Source of the DNA: Mobula hypostoma
Lineage: Eukaryota
Assembly: GCF_963921235.1 (NCBI RefSeq)
Contig: NC_086097.1
Span: 68,696,001-68,760,000 of the forward strand
Reading direction: 5' to 3'
DNA: 64,000 bases
Shown here: positions 50,701 to 62,358 of the stretch, piece by piece
Numbering within the stretch: position 1 is the stretch's first letter
How the letters are laid out: each line of letters starts with the position of its first letter
Made by a program: the position numbers and the translations under genes
Notes under the pieces: generated by a model
The model's database searches: none
Told to the model about the DNA's origin: nothing
What the model saw: only the letters and a program-made list of their open reading frames with translations

Positions 50701-52210
50701 GACTCCATGTTCCTGATTGCTGTGGATGCTCATTCAAAATGGCCAGAGGTTATACCAATAAAGTCAATCACGTCAGCAAAGACTATCTCCGCTCTGAGCA
50801 TTATCTTTGCCGGAAACGGCATACCAGAACAAATTGTGAGTGACAATGGACCATGATACACGCCAGAAGAATTCCAACTGTTCATGAAAAAAAAATGGCA
50901 TCAGACATTCCAAGTCAGCTCCTCACTGCCCAGCAATGAATGGGTGAGTTGAAAGGTTTATCCAAGCCTTCAAGAAGTCCATTAAAATGATGGACAAGGA
51001 GTATATTTCTTTAATACAAGGTGGACAACTTCCTTTTTGTGTATCAGAACTCTGTTAATGTGATGACAAATCAAACACCTGTAATGTTGTTCATGAGCAG
51101 GAATCTGAGATCTTGCATAGACTTCCTGAAACCAGACCTCTGGAGGGAAGTGCAGAATAAACAGTTCAGCCAATTGCCAGTGAAGCAGCAAGGAGCTTCG
51201 AGATTGGACAGGAAGTCCTCGTGCTTGATTATGGAGAAGACAGGTGGACACTCATTAGAATAGCTACAAGAACTGGACCACTGATGTACACAGTGGATGT
51301 TGGAAATCAGAAGTAAAGCAGAGGTTAAGTGTGTAATCTTGGAAAAACTCAACCAAATGTGGCAAGAAAGATGGGACAGGTAGGGGAAAGGAAGGCATTT
51401 ATATCAAATACAAAAAAGTGTTGTAGGTACTCGGGTAGGTAGAGGATACAGAAGAGAGGAAACTGTGTGGACTAGGTTAAGGCTGGGGCACTGTGCAAAA
51501 ACAAAACATTGAAAATAATAGGGAAATACCAGACAGGATTGTGTGAGGAATGTCAAGAAGAGGAGTCAGTAGAGCATGATTGAGTAAAGGGATTTAGAAT
51601 GTAAGTCTATTGCACACTCTGGAGCAGAAGGTGGCGGAAATACACCATTAAGCTGGGTGTCAACCGCCGTAAAACAAGACAAAGAAGAAGAAGGAAATCA
51701 GAAGTGGAGACATCATGTGGATGAGATACAGTACTGGATGCTGAACTGAAGAACAAACCTGAGTCGATTGCATCCAATAAAATGGACACATTACAGTCAC
51801 CAGATTACCTCTCAGTGATGATGTCACTGACAGCAATGTGACACCGGAAACGGAGAACTTTGTCTGATGCCACTCCACAGGTCCAAAGGCGCTATCCCGA
51901 AAGAAACAGAGCACCACCCAGAAGAATGAACCTTTAGAACTAAGAAGTTAATTAATGGACTGTCATTGTGAAAGCATGTTTATTTGGAATATGGGTTCAT
52001 GAAAGGGAAATTAAATGTGTGGTACATGTACAGTTTTATGTTCCATTAATCTAAAGGGGGAGGAAGTGTAATGTATGGATCTATTTCACTACATATTGAT
52101 CTGTTATCTACGCATATGCATTGTTCTCTCTCTCTCTCATAGCAATGTGAATACACCAGTTAAAGCCATCTCCCACGTGTGTGCTTTTACTTAGTTGCAC
52201 AGACACAACA
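47750..52210 (+). mobile_element. Decayed Gypsy LTR retrotransposon (gag-pol, 3' LTR; no 5' LTR seen)
   Basis: gag ERFRFYKRNQSKDESISEYIAEL and zinc knuckle; protease ELDTGSALSII near 48500; RT ICGNFKVSIN, EISYCGHVID; RNase H LACDTS; integrase VSDNGP; PPT AAAGGGGGAGGAAG, then TG...CA LTR at 52067-52210. Confidence 0.92.
51315..51692 (+). mobile_element. 5'-truncated Nimb/I-clade LINE nested in the Gypsy
   Basis: Perfect 13-bp TSD GGAAATCAGAAGT (51302-51314, 51693-51705); peptide WQERWD..GKGRHLYQIQ..TRLRLGH..LCEECQEEESVEH; (GAA)n tail. Confidence 0.85.
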
Positions 52211-53099
52211 ATCATCAAACTTAGATATGCAGTATAACAGCTACATCAAAAATAGTTCTGTCCCAGGCACTGGGCCTTGTAAGATTCCACTTTTTACAAA
52301 CTGCCATCCTAAAATGATCTTTTAATTCCTATTCTCTGTTTCCTGTCCATTAACCAAGCTTCAATCCATGCAAATATACTATGCTCAAACCTCCTCTGTG
52401 GCATTGTTGAATTTCTTCTGATAATCTATAAACTGGTACTTTCTTATTTAGACTTCCAGCTACTTCTTTGAAACACTCTAACATAGTGTATTTGTCAAAT
52501 ACATTTCACTTCCTTACAACCTGAAAATAATTAACTCTGTCTAACTATATTACAATTTTTAACATATGCTGACACTGTGGTTGTAATAATGGATTTAGCA
52601 TTTCACCAGTGATAATGTCTGCCTTACTGTTTTGTTTTTCCCTCATTTAATGGACAATTGATTTACATTTGCTATCTTGGAATTCCCTTGTACCATTTCC
52701 AAATCTTGGGAATTTTGGAATTTCTGAAAAATTATCAACACTAACTTTGAAGCTACCTCTTTTAATATCTTGAGAGTTAAGCTATCTGGTCCTGGATGTT
52801 CATGAGACTTTGGTTCCACTAATATTTTCTTTGATAATTTTAATCAATTTGAAATTCCTCAATCTCATAACTTGATGAATCTCTTTTCATCTTTGTTATT
52901 CCATATTATAATTGCTCAATATGCATATACTGTGGATTATGATTAATTGGAACACATAGGGACCATTACATTTTGGCCCAGTTAAGCAGCTGCCCCAATT
53001 AGCCGAGGTTTCATGGAAATAGTTTAAAAATATATTAAAAAAGGCAAAATACCTTTTAACTGAGTAACAAATTATACATACAGAACAAACTAGAACACA

Positions 53100-53565
53100 A
53101 CTGGTGGTTGTCCGTTGTATCCAATGGTGACCAGAAACCTGTGGGGGGAAGGTTTCTGAAGTGGAAAAGCCGTTGCTCTGGAGTAGTTCCACTCTCTCGA
53201 CATTGGAAGTCCGGGTCCAGTGGGATGAGTAGACATCAAAACTGGGGTCTTCCATGATTGCAGTGGATGACCATTACTCCTTCTGTGCCTCAGCATGCTA
53301 TTTGTTCTCCATTTAGTGTTGCAGAACCGTCTTCCAGGCCATTAGATCTCACTGTAGACCTCATCTGCCCAGTCTGCTAGAGTTGACTTCACATACTGTA
53401 CTAGGACAGGCCTATCCCTGTCTCACCGAGGTATGAGACCCACTAGCTACCCTCATCTGATTTAGCTTGTCTGTCGAAGCAGCGTATTGATGTGTGGCTG
53501 CTGTCACATGCAAACAGCTTTCTGGAACCACAGTTGAGAACTGAATGTCTGGTGGGGACCAAAGG
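53100..53565. mobile_element. RTE-related non-coding retroelement fragment
   Basis: GC-richer block inside the Tigger element; CTACCCTCATCTGATTTAGC..GTCGAAGC..CCACAGTTGAGAACTGA..GGGGACCAAAGG resembles recalled RTE UTR-derived elements. Confidence 0.45.
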
Positions 53566-53654
53566 TAACATTCAAGATAATTGTCGATGCTTTCAAATTC
53601 TTCCTAGTTCCTAACTTGTTGAAGTAGTGAACTTTGCATCTTCCTCCTCCTTTC

Positions 53655-53692
53655 CAGTTCTGAAGAAGGGTCTTGGCCTGAAACGTCAACTG
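53655..53692 (+). ncRNA. Minimal type-I hammerhead ribozyme within a Penelope terminal repeat (about 53632-53755)
   Basis: CAGTT-CTGAAGA-AGGGTCTTGGCCT-GAAA-CG-TC-AACTG: stem I CAGUU/AACUG, core CUGANGA and GAAA, GUC cleavage triplet (cut after 53687). Confidence 0.75.
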
Positions 53693-55861
53693 TTTGTTCA
53701 TTTCCATGGATGCTCCCTGGCCTGTAGATTTCCTCCAGCATTTTATGTATGTTTCATCATTTCACTTGCACTCCTGCCCATTTCTGGCACTTCTAAGTCT
53801 GAATGCTTGAAACTGCAGTGAGCATCACAGTTCAGAATTGTCTTACTGCTTATTTCTCGCCAACTATCAGTGACAAAAATCACTGCTTTTTCAACACATA
53901 CACACAACTGATGCTATTAAAAAAAAATTTGTTCTAAGCAAAGTGCAGTCTCTAATGGCCACAAATGTGCACACAACTGATGCTAGTTAGAAAATGTTCG
54001 ACAACAATCTTCTGCCCCAATTAAGTGGCACGTCCCAAATAAACAAAGGGAATCTCGGCTATTTTCATGATTACTTTTTGTTCTTTCAGAGTTGTCCCAA
54101 GTAAGTGACCCAATTAACCGATGGCCAAATTAACTAGAATCCACTGTATTTATTGGATGTTTCCTAAGTTACTAATGATCTATTACTATTTTAAATTTCT
54201 GTTGTTCATAATTTGATTTCATCAAATGTGCTACTCCAGTTATTTAACTTGCTTCTTCAAGTTTATTAATTTATCCCTATCTGGACATTTCTTCACCAGG
54301 ATAAGTATGCTGTCTAATCCACATAGTAGTTACTTTAGTTTTTAGTAGTACTTTACAAAATTTCTATATGTGATGGTATCCTACAGACAGCTTCCTGTTG
54401 ACTGCATGTTTGTTATAGTACTTAGGGTCTTTCAGTCTGAACATCCTTGTATTAAAAAAAAACCTCCAGGGTGAGTGACACTGTACAGCCAAAGATGGAG
54501 AGACAGCAGCTTCCATCACATTGAACAGGAGATGATGAGAAAGATTGCAGGATCTTGTCAGTCAACAAAAGGCACAAATGCTGCCAATCCTAAACAAATG
54601 TCTTCACTCGACAGGCCAGGGAACTGCCCAGAGAACCATATCTCAGCTCTGAGCAGCTGCACCCAGTGCTGTCAGTAATAAATCTTGATACATATAATAC
54701 TATAACGACCACTTTTGGCACTAATTCTGTTAGCACTCTTGTTCCTGAGAACACAGCCTGAGGGCTAAATAATGCTAATAAAACATTAACCAAACACAAA
54801 TTAACACTTTATCCAACCTTTGTCTGATTACATAGAAATGTTTAAGACACATCATACAATTATAATTCTTCAATCTTTTTAAAAGAACTGCAAAATATCT
54901 TTTTGGAAAGCTATTTTCTTTCTGCTTTTCTATATTTTGCTCCATTCATACACTTCAACAAAAATGTATAAAATAAGAAACATGGAAGACAGCATTATGG
55001 AATACTTATTACATGAACAATTATAGAAGAGAAATAATTGTAGACAACACATGGGACAGAATGAAACACAACCAATGAATTAGCTATTAACCTGTCCTTA
55101 TAATTATATAAAAGAACAAATTTGTATTGACATAACAATAAAATTTGGAATCCTTAAATGTGCTTGTTAATGAATTTCTTTCATGTATTAATAAATTATC
55201 TGGCTATGGGCTCAACATTTATCCAACTCACACATGACATTTCACACCTCATAAAATGAGAATTTATCACATATTTTATATGGATTCAATAAAGCAGTGA
55301 TAGGTTGGTTTACAATTACATTATATGGTTTAATCATAGCATTTATATTTTAACCAACTTCAACCAATAGTTTTTTTTTTCTGGACCTTCCACGGTGTTC
55401 CAATTTGGAAGTTGTAAACTGATTAGCATTTGAAATTTTGATAGGTAGCCGGTTCACAATCATACCTGTACTTGCAAAAGATTGACTCAATAGACATCAG
55501 ATAAATACACCAGCTAACACTTTCTCTCTGGTAATATTGAGATAGAGAATGAATCACCATCAAGAGGACTCAGATTTGAAAATCTACTTAATCTGGCCAA
55601 ATACCTAAACTCACTCCTGTTCTAGTCTTGCAGTTGAACTAACCTTTTGTGATTGTATGGATCATAACATTCTTGAAGTTGTTAGTGGTTGAATGTCAAT
55701 TTAATTCAGGAGTTGTAAATATAGCAGCCAGCTAATACAAACAAAATGTCTTTAATCTAGGACAAAGATAGATGCTTGAATGAACATCATTTTCTGAAGA
55801 TACAGCCATCTCTCAATGCAGTCCTCAAAGAAAATGCAAAGGACTAGAGATGTTTGAACCG

Positions 55862-55985
55862 GAACAACGCACAAAGCTCAGGAGGAATTCAGTGGGTCAA
55901 GCAGCATCTATGGAGGGAAATGGACAGTTTACATTTTGGGTTGAGACAATCAATGATGCTACCTGACCTGGGTGAGTTCCTCCAA
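55862..55985. mobile_element. Penelope terminal repeat with an inverted tail (fold-back)
   Basis: GAGGAATTCAGTGGGTCAAGCAGCATC ... GATGCTACCTGACCTGGGTGAGTTCCTCC is an imperfect inverted pair. Confidence 0.6.
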
Positions 55986-56269
55986 TACCTCATCCACCAA
56001 TCCTAAAAGAAGACACTCTTGATTGCCTAGATTCCAAACAAAAGTGTCTGAATTTTTTGAGTTGCCATTGTCTGTTGGGATGAGCTCCCACCATCAAAAT
56101 ACAATTCTGCACATCTACTTATCTACACTCAAAATAGTGAAATAAACTATGTAATTATAAATATTAAAGCTGCAGTTAATCACCCATTGTTTCTTTGTGT
56201 TCAAAATGTATAAAACCTCTCTGTACTTTGAATTCTATGAGATTCTTCCGAGATCATTCCAGAAGATTC

Positions 56270-56858
56270 TTAGAACATACAACTTAGAACAGTACAGCAC
56301 AGGAACAGGCCCTATAGTCCACAATGCTGTGCCAAACTAATTAAATTAGTAATCAAATGATCAACTAAACTAATCTCAGTATCTTTCCATTTCCTACTCA
56401 TCATGTGTTTATTCAAGAGCTCCTTGAATGCCCGATCACATTTGCCTCCACTACCACACCTACAGTGCATCTCAGGCACCCACCACAATCTGTGTAAAAA
56501 AAACTTGCCCCTCACATCTCCTTTGAACTTGCCCTCTGGTCTTAGATATTTCAAGCTTGAGAAAAAAGATACTCCATTTACGCCCCTCATAGTCATAGAA
56601 ACTTCTGTCAGATCTTCCCTCAGTCTCTGACGATCCAGAGAAAACAACCCAAGTTTATCCAACTTTTCCTTATAGCATATGCCTTCTAATCCAGGCAGTA
56701 TTCTGATAAACCTCTTCAAAGCTTTGACATCCTTCCTATCACAAAGCTACCAGAAACAAATGCACTAATTCAGATGCAGCCTAACTAGAGATTTTATAAA
56801 GTTGCAGAGTAATTTCACACTACTTGAACTCAATTCCTTGACTAATAAAGACAAGCAT
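56270..56858 (-). mobile_element. CR1 3' end
   Basis: ORF KRFIRILPGLEG..LGLFSLDRQRLREDL; tail near 56275. Confidence 0.85.
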
Positions 56859-56859
56859 T

Positions 56860-57365
56860 GAAGGAACCATGGTTGACAAGAGTTGTGGAACATCTAGTGA
56901 AGAGGAAGGAAAAAAGCCTACGTAAGGTTTAGGAAGTAGGGATCAGATGTGTCTCTTGAGAGTTACAAAGTAGCCAGGAAGGGGGAACTGGAGAGATCTA
57001 GAAGGGGACAGGGGAAGGCCTTGGTGAATAGGATTAAGGAAAATCCCAAGGCATTGTACATGTACATGCAGAACAGGAGGATGAATAAAGTGAGGGTAAG
57101 ACAATTAAGGATATAAAAGGAAATGTGCCTGGATTCAGAGGAGGTCCTCAATGAATACTTTTCTTTAGTACACACCAGTGAGAGGTACCTTGATGAATGT
57201 AAGGGCAGTGTAGGGCAGGCTAGTATGTTTAATGTCACTGGAGGTCACATGGGATAGATTGCTACTCGAAGTGAGGGAAGAGATTGCTGCAAATTCGACA
57301 ATGATCTTTGCATTCCCACTGGCTACAGGAATAGTACCAGAAGACAGGAGAATGGCAAATGTTTT
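56860..57365 (+). mobile_element. CR1 internal ORF2 fragment, opposite orientation to its left neighbour
   Basis: Aligns by eye with 1127-1712 ([31 protein letters not shown]). Confidence 0.85.
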
Positions 57366-57369
57366 TAAA

Positions 57370-57680
57370 AACACAAGAAAATCTGCAGATGCTGGAAATC
57401 CAAAGCAACACGCACAAGATGCTGGAGGAACTCAGCAGGCCAGGCAGCATCTATGGAAAAGAGTAAACAGCTGATGTTTCAGGCTGAGACCTTTCATCAG
57501 GACTGGAATGGAAGGGGGAAGACGCCAGACTAAGAAGGTGGAGGAGGGGAGGAAGAAGCACAAGGTGCCAGGTGATAAGTGAAACTGGGAGAGGGGGAAG
57601 GGTGAAGTAAAGAGCTGGGAAGTTGATTGGTGAAAGAGATAAAGAGATGGAGAAGGGGGAATTTGATAGGAGAGGACATC
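57370..57680 (-). mobile_element. Penelope 3' region and terminal repeat with a decayed hammerhead
   Basis: Minus strand: polypyrimidine tract, then CAGTC-CTGATGA-AAGGTCTCAGCCT-GAAA-CA-TC-AGCTG, then the CCAGCATCTGCAGA tail. Confidence 0.8.
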
Positions 57681-57681
57681 T

Positions 57682-58330
57682 CATACAACTTCAACATAAC
57701 ATCCTAGCTCCTGTATTCAATACTTTGATTTACGAGGGGTGATTGATAAGTTCATGGCCTAAGGTAGGAGGAGTCAATTTTAGAAAGTTATTAACTTCAA
57801 ACTAATCACTCAAAGAGTTGAACTGCATGCGCATGTAACAAGAGCTGTATAACTCATCTCCTTCTACCTTAGGCCATGAACTTATACTTTTTCTGGAGGT
57901 CCAAGTCGCCGACTTCTACAAAGAAGGGATCCATATACTCTACGACCGCTGGACTAAGTGTGTAAATGTAGGAGGGGACTATGTTGAAAAATACATGTGC
58001 TAGGTTTTCTAAAATTGACTTCTTCTACCTTAGGCCACGATCTTATCAATCATCTCTCGTATGAAGGCAATTGCTCTTTTTACAACCCTATGTACCTGTA
58101 AGGCCACTTTCGAGGAATTATGGATCTGTATCCCTCTGTTCTACCGCATTCCTCAGTGCTCTACTGTTCATTGTGTAAATCCTACCCTTGTTTGTTCTCC
58201 CGAAGTACAACAACCCACACTTGTCTGCATTAAAATTCATCTGCTATTTTCAGCACGTTTTTCCAGCTGGTGCATGTCATGCTATAAACTTTGATAGCAT
58301 TCCTTGTTGTCCCGTATGCTTCCAATTTCT
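57682..58330 (-). mobile_element. CR1 fragment split by a mariner MITE
   Basis: TACTTTGATT-TA-[MITE]-TA-TGAAGGC restores the CR1 sequence seen uninterrupted near 32040. Confidence 0.8.
57733..58059. mobile_element. Mariner MITE, copy 2
   Basis: TA TSD; TIRs; retains a longer transposase C-terminus FLEVQVADFYKEGIHILYDRWTKCVNVGGDYVEK. Confidence 0.9.
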
Positions 58331-58546
58331 TTGTCTATGATGTGTATTTTTAACTGCATTACCCCATAGTTAGATCTGTTTGGGCCAACAATCGTGAATG
58401 TAAAAATAAGAACAGGCCAAAGATTAGAGACAATAAATCAACAGAGATATTTTGTTGATTGAGAAAAATGGGGAAAATATTAGATTTGCTTCTAAATAGA
58501 AACATAAATGTAAAATGAAATGAGCATTGCCAGTAATGCTCGTTTA

Positions 58547-59131
58547 CGAGGGGTGATTGATATGTTCGTGGCCTAAGGTAGAAGGAGTCAATTTTAGAAA
58601 ACCTAGCACATTTATTTTTCAACATAGTCCCCTCCTACATTTACACACTTACGGATCTTGAACCTCCAGAAAATGGCCACAGCTGGGGTGATTGATAAGT
58701 TTGTGGCCGAAGGTAGAAGGAGATGAGTTACACAGCTCTCGTTACATGCACACGCAGTTCAACTCTTTGAGTGATTATGCAGAAAGTTTGAAGTTAATAA
58801 CTTACCTCTTTCTACCTTAGGCCACAAACTTATCAATCACCTCTGATATTATTAACTGATGAGTTATTAACTTCAAACTTTCTGCATAATCACTCAAAGA
58901 GTTGAACTGCATGTGCGTGTAAAGAGAGCTGTATAACTCATCTCCTACCTTAGGCCATGAACTTATCAATCACCCTGTGGCCTCTTTCTGGAGGTCCAAG
59001 ATCTGTATGTTCCACGACCGCTGGACTAAGTGTGTAAATGTAGGAGGGGACTATGTTGAAAAATAAATGTGCTAGGTTTTTAAAAATCGACTCCTTCTAC
59101 CTTAGGCCACAAACTTAACAATCACCCCTCG
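58547..59131. mobile_element. Mariner fold-back MITE, copy 3 (near-complete palindrome, 5 TIR copies)
   Basis: TA TSD; same modules as 10382-10850, with the central spacer also duplicated in inverted orientation. Confidence 0.9.
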
Positions 59132-59159
59132 TATTTTTCTGTAATAGCATTGTCACAGG

Positions 59160-59610
59160 ACACAGCATCCATCGTCAAGGACCAGCACTACCCAGGCCAT
59201 GCTCTCTTCTCTCTGCTACCATCAGGGAGAAGTTACAGGAGCCTCAGGACCCACACCACCAGGTTCAGGTACAGCTATTGCCTCTCAACCATCAGGTTCT
59301 TGAACCCAAGGGAATAACTTCACTCAGCTTCACTCGCCCCACCACTGAACTGTTTCCACCACTTATGGACTCACTTTCAAGGACTCTTCATCTCATGTTC
59401 TTGAAAGTTATCCCTATTTATTTATTTATTATTATCATTGCTTTTTTTCTTTTGTATTTGCACAGTTTGTTGTCGTTTGCACATTGGTTGTTTATCCATC
59501 CTGCTGGGTCTTTCAATGATTCTATTGTGTTTCTTTGATTTACTCTAAATGCCTGCAAGGAATTTCAGGATTTTATATCTGTTCTTTGACAATAAATTTA
59601 CTTTTAAGTA
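59160..59610 (+). mobile_element. Rex-like LINE 3' end
   Basis: IVKDQHYPGHALFSLLPSGRSYRSLRT, followed by the family 3'UTR. Confidence 0.85.
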
Positions 59611-60808
59611 TAAAAGTTCGAAGTAACTTGTACTTCAATGCTTGAACAACAAGCACTGAAATTTAGAAATGCAGTATCTTCTCACTCAGAGAAAAATTAA
59701 GTAAACAGAGAGTTAAGACTTTACAAATATCACAAAAGTAGGTCAAAATAGGTCAAAACGGTTAAACCTACCTCAGGATATATTGTTGGAAGTATTTAGA
59801 TATCTTATATTTGAAGGAAATGCTAATGTTCATGCAACCTGAAAACATTTGCAACAACTGATTAATCATCCTACTTCATGGCTGAAAGAAACAATTGTCC
59901 TATAAAGTTTACAAAGATGCAACTCATTTTTGGACTACACTTAGAAAGAGGAAAATAAGATCTGTGGTAATTAGGGTAGCAACTCTGAAGCAATTGCAGA
60001 AGGTAGTGAATTTGATTCCAAACATGGCTGCTGTTTCTATGGATGTGAAAATGAACATGGAAAGACCACATGTTCTGAGAACATTGGCAAACTTACACAT
60101 GCTGAAACTGAGTAAAAGTTCATTAATGTTAGCCTAGGAACCGCTAAGGGAGGTGGCTACCTTCAAACAACTGACAACCTAGATTTTTATGTTCTTGGTG
60201 TCTGGCCACAGCAGTTCTCTGTGCCTCCTTGTGGAATTAAAAAAGTTGCAATCTTTGACATTTCATGCGAGACAGAAGAGCTCTCCTTTGGCATCAATTC
60301 AGGATATTTTGTTTTGGTTGCCAAAACTGAGAGAACTATCATTGAGTACAGTGGACACATGGGAGGATTTATCGTTGTGTTTTACAGCACCATAAACGAA
60401 GGTTTCTGAAGAAGCATATGTTTTAGATCCACACTGAATAGTGCAAATTGTCCATCATCCAGGAAAGCTCTCAAACAACTTTCGAATATCCATAGACTTT
60501 CTGTGAGTCTTACCAAGTCCTCTGTTTCACTGAATACCTATTTTATACATAGTATTCTGGAAAGCCTTTCAAATATTACTGAATTAGAACTGTCCTTTTG
60601 TCCAGAACTTGGCAAGACCAAAGGTAGAAGTCTGAAGGGAAGTCCAGAGGTCAAAGGCCTAACGTTTGCAAGTTCAGGCCAGAGACTGGAGATTGGAGGC
60701 ATGATATCTGTGAGTCTGAAAGTCCAGGGACAAGGACTGGAAGCCGAGAGGCAGCCTAGGTTTGGAAGCCTGTCTCTGTGTGTGAGTCCATGGGTGGGTA
60801 AAAGAATA

Positions 60809-61101
60809 AAGATTAGCTTTATTTCTCACATATACTGTATTTTGAAATATTGAAACATACGGTGGAATGTATTATTTTGCATCAAATCAAATCAGCAGGG
60901 ATTGTGCTGGGCAAGAATCACCATGCTTCCAGCGCCAACATTGCATGGCTACAACTCACTAACCCTAACCAGACATTTTTAGAATGTGGGAGGAATGCAG
61001 AATACTCGGAGAAAACCCACACAATTAGAGGGAGAACATACAAACTCCTTACACAGCAGCAGGAATTGAACCTGAAATGATGATCGCTAGTGCTGTAATA
61101 G
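60809..61101 (-). mobile_element. V-SINE with a non-CR1 tail
   Basis: Minus strand: B-box GGTTCAATTCC, V-domain GGGTTTTCTCCGAGTATTCTGCATTCCTCCCACATTC, tail AATAAAGCTAATCTT. Confidence 0.7.
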
Positions 61102-61107
61102 GCTTAA

Positions 61108-61188
61108 GGCTGATTTATACTTCTCCGTCAAATGGACACTGTAACCTACACAAGTGGCCTACGCGCGTTGTGAGCATTTATACTTGTG
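61108..61188. mobile_element. Possible PIF/Harbinger terminal fragment
   Basis: TAA followed by GGCTGATTTATACTTCT, with an internal repeat ATTTATACTTGTG; no partner TIR found. Confidence 0.4.
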
Positions 61189-62261
61189 GTGAGACTGTGT
61201 CAGCTCTCTGTGAAGGAGGCATTAGAATGTAACTGTTGCATTTTATTATGAAGACTGGCTGTGGGTGACAGATGTTTGATGGGATAGATCAACATTGCAA
61301 AATGGGGAATTGTGATGGTAGCAGACAGTTAATACAAATGAGAACCGATCTTCAATCTGGGGCAAGGATAACCGCTTGAATAAATGCCATTTTGTAGAGA
61401 GAGAGCCAAATCCAAAGCAATGGTAGAATAAGACAGTTTTGATTGTTTGGATTCCCAAAGAAAGTGCTTGACCACATCAGATGAGATATACTTGTATCAT
61501 AAATATGTAATTCTCCATAGCCACTTGCCTATATCCAAACTTTTGAAATAAACTATGTAATCAAAATTGTATTTAATCACCAGCTGTTATTTCTGAACTC
61601 AAACAATGCAAAACAATATACTCTGAACTCAGGGTGATTCTTCCAGAATGCTTGCTTATATTGCTGAATAAAGGTATTTTAAACCTGCACTTCTCATCTC
61701 CACGTGTCTCCTTCAAAGTCACCGCCACTGCATCAGTCTTTTCAAAGAAGGTTTTGGTTTAAGTGTAGGTCCGATCATAATTTTTCCGTTTTTTAAAATT
61801 TGAACTGGCAATCTTTTCTCTGACTATGTTTCAAATTGTTCCATCTTGCCTCCAGCCACCCATTTGCAGATATTTTGACAGGAGCTGAATATGAAAGAGA
61901 GAGAGAATGACCTAAGGATAACTATATGATGGGGGGTGTTTAGTGATGCTTCAGGACCTTTAAAAGAGCTTGTTGCTGCGGCAGATACAGTGAACTTTGT
62001 ATTCTACCTTAATCATACAAACTGTGGAAATTTGTCATTTGCCTGCTACAGACAAGGCTGTGTATGCTGTGCCAGAGCATGCACAGCCTAAAGCTCCTTC
62101 GCCAGAGAAGTGTGGTCACTTTACACATAGCTGCTCTAAAAGCCTCAGGAACTAGGTCCATCCTCTGAAGTCATGTATCGTGAAGGGAAACAAACCATCT
62201 CTCCTCTTCTTGCATCATTTCCTTTCAAATCTTCTATGTGGTCTGGTTTCCTTTTACTTCC

Positions 62262-62358
62262 CAAAACATACAGTTTGGTAGGTTACTAAATGTTACAAAA
62301 CATACAGTTTGGTAGGTTACTAAATGTTACAAAACATACAGTTTGGTAGGTTACTAAA
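62262..62358 (+). repeat. Perfect tandem repeat, 34 bp x about 2.9, in a V-SINE-like fragment
   Basis: Unit CAAAACATACAGTTTGGTAGGTTACTAAATGTTA at 62262, 62296 and 62330 (last copy partial). Confidence 0.95.

Larger units (their letters stand above)
52930..54146. mobile_element. Tigger/pogo-type non-autonomous DNA transposon with two nested insertions
   Basis: TA-CTGTGGATTATGATTAATTGG ... CCAAATTAACTAGAATCCACTG-TA; subterminal CCCAATTA repeats. Confidence 0.8.

Noticed and set aside
47750-52210. Intact or domesticated Gypsy gene
   Set aside because: Numerous stops and frameshifts, degraded RT catalytic motif, no 5' LTR.
59870-62200. Further AKAP6 exon or transposase remnants in the non-SINE parts
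   Set aside because: No convincing peptide motif or splice-bounded open frame found; left unassigned.
62262-62358. CRISPR-like 34-bp repeats
   Set aside because: No spacers; a simple tandem repeat in a vertebrate genome.
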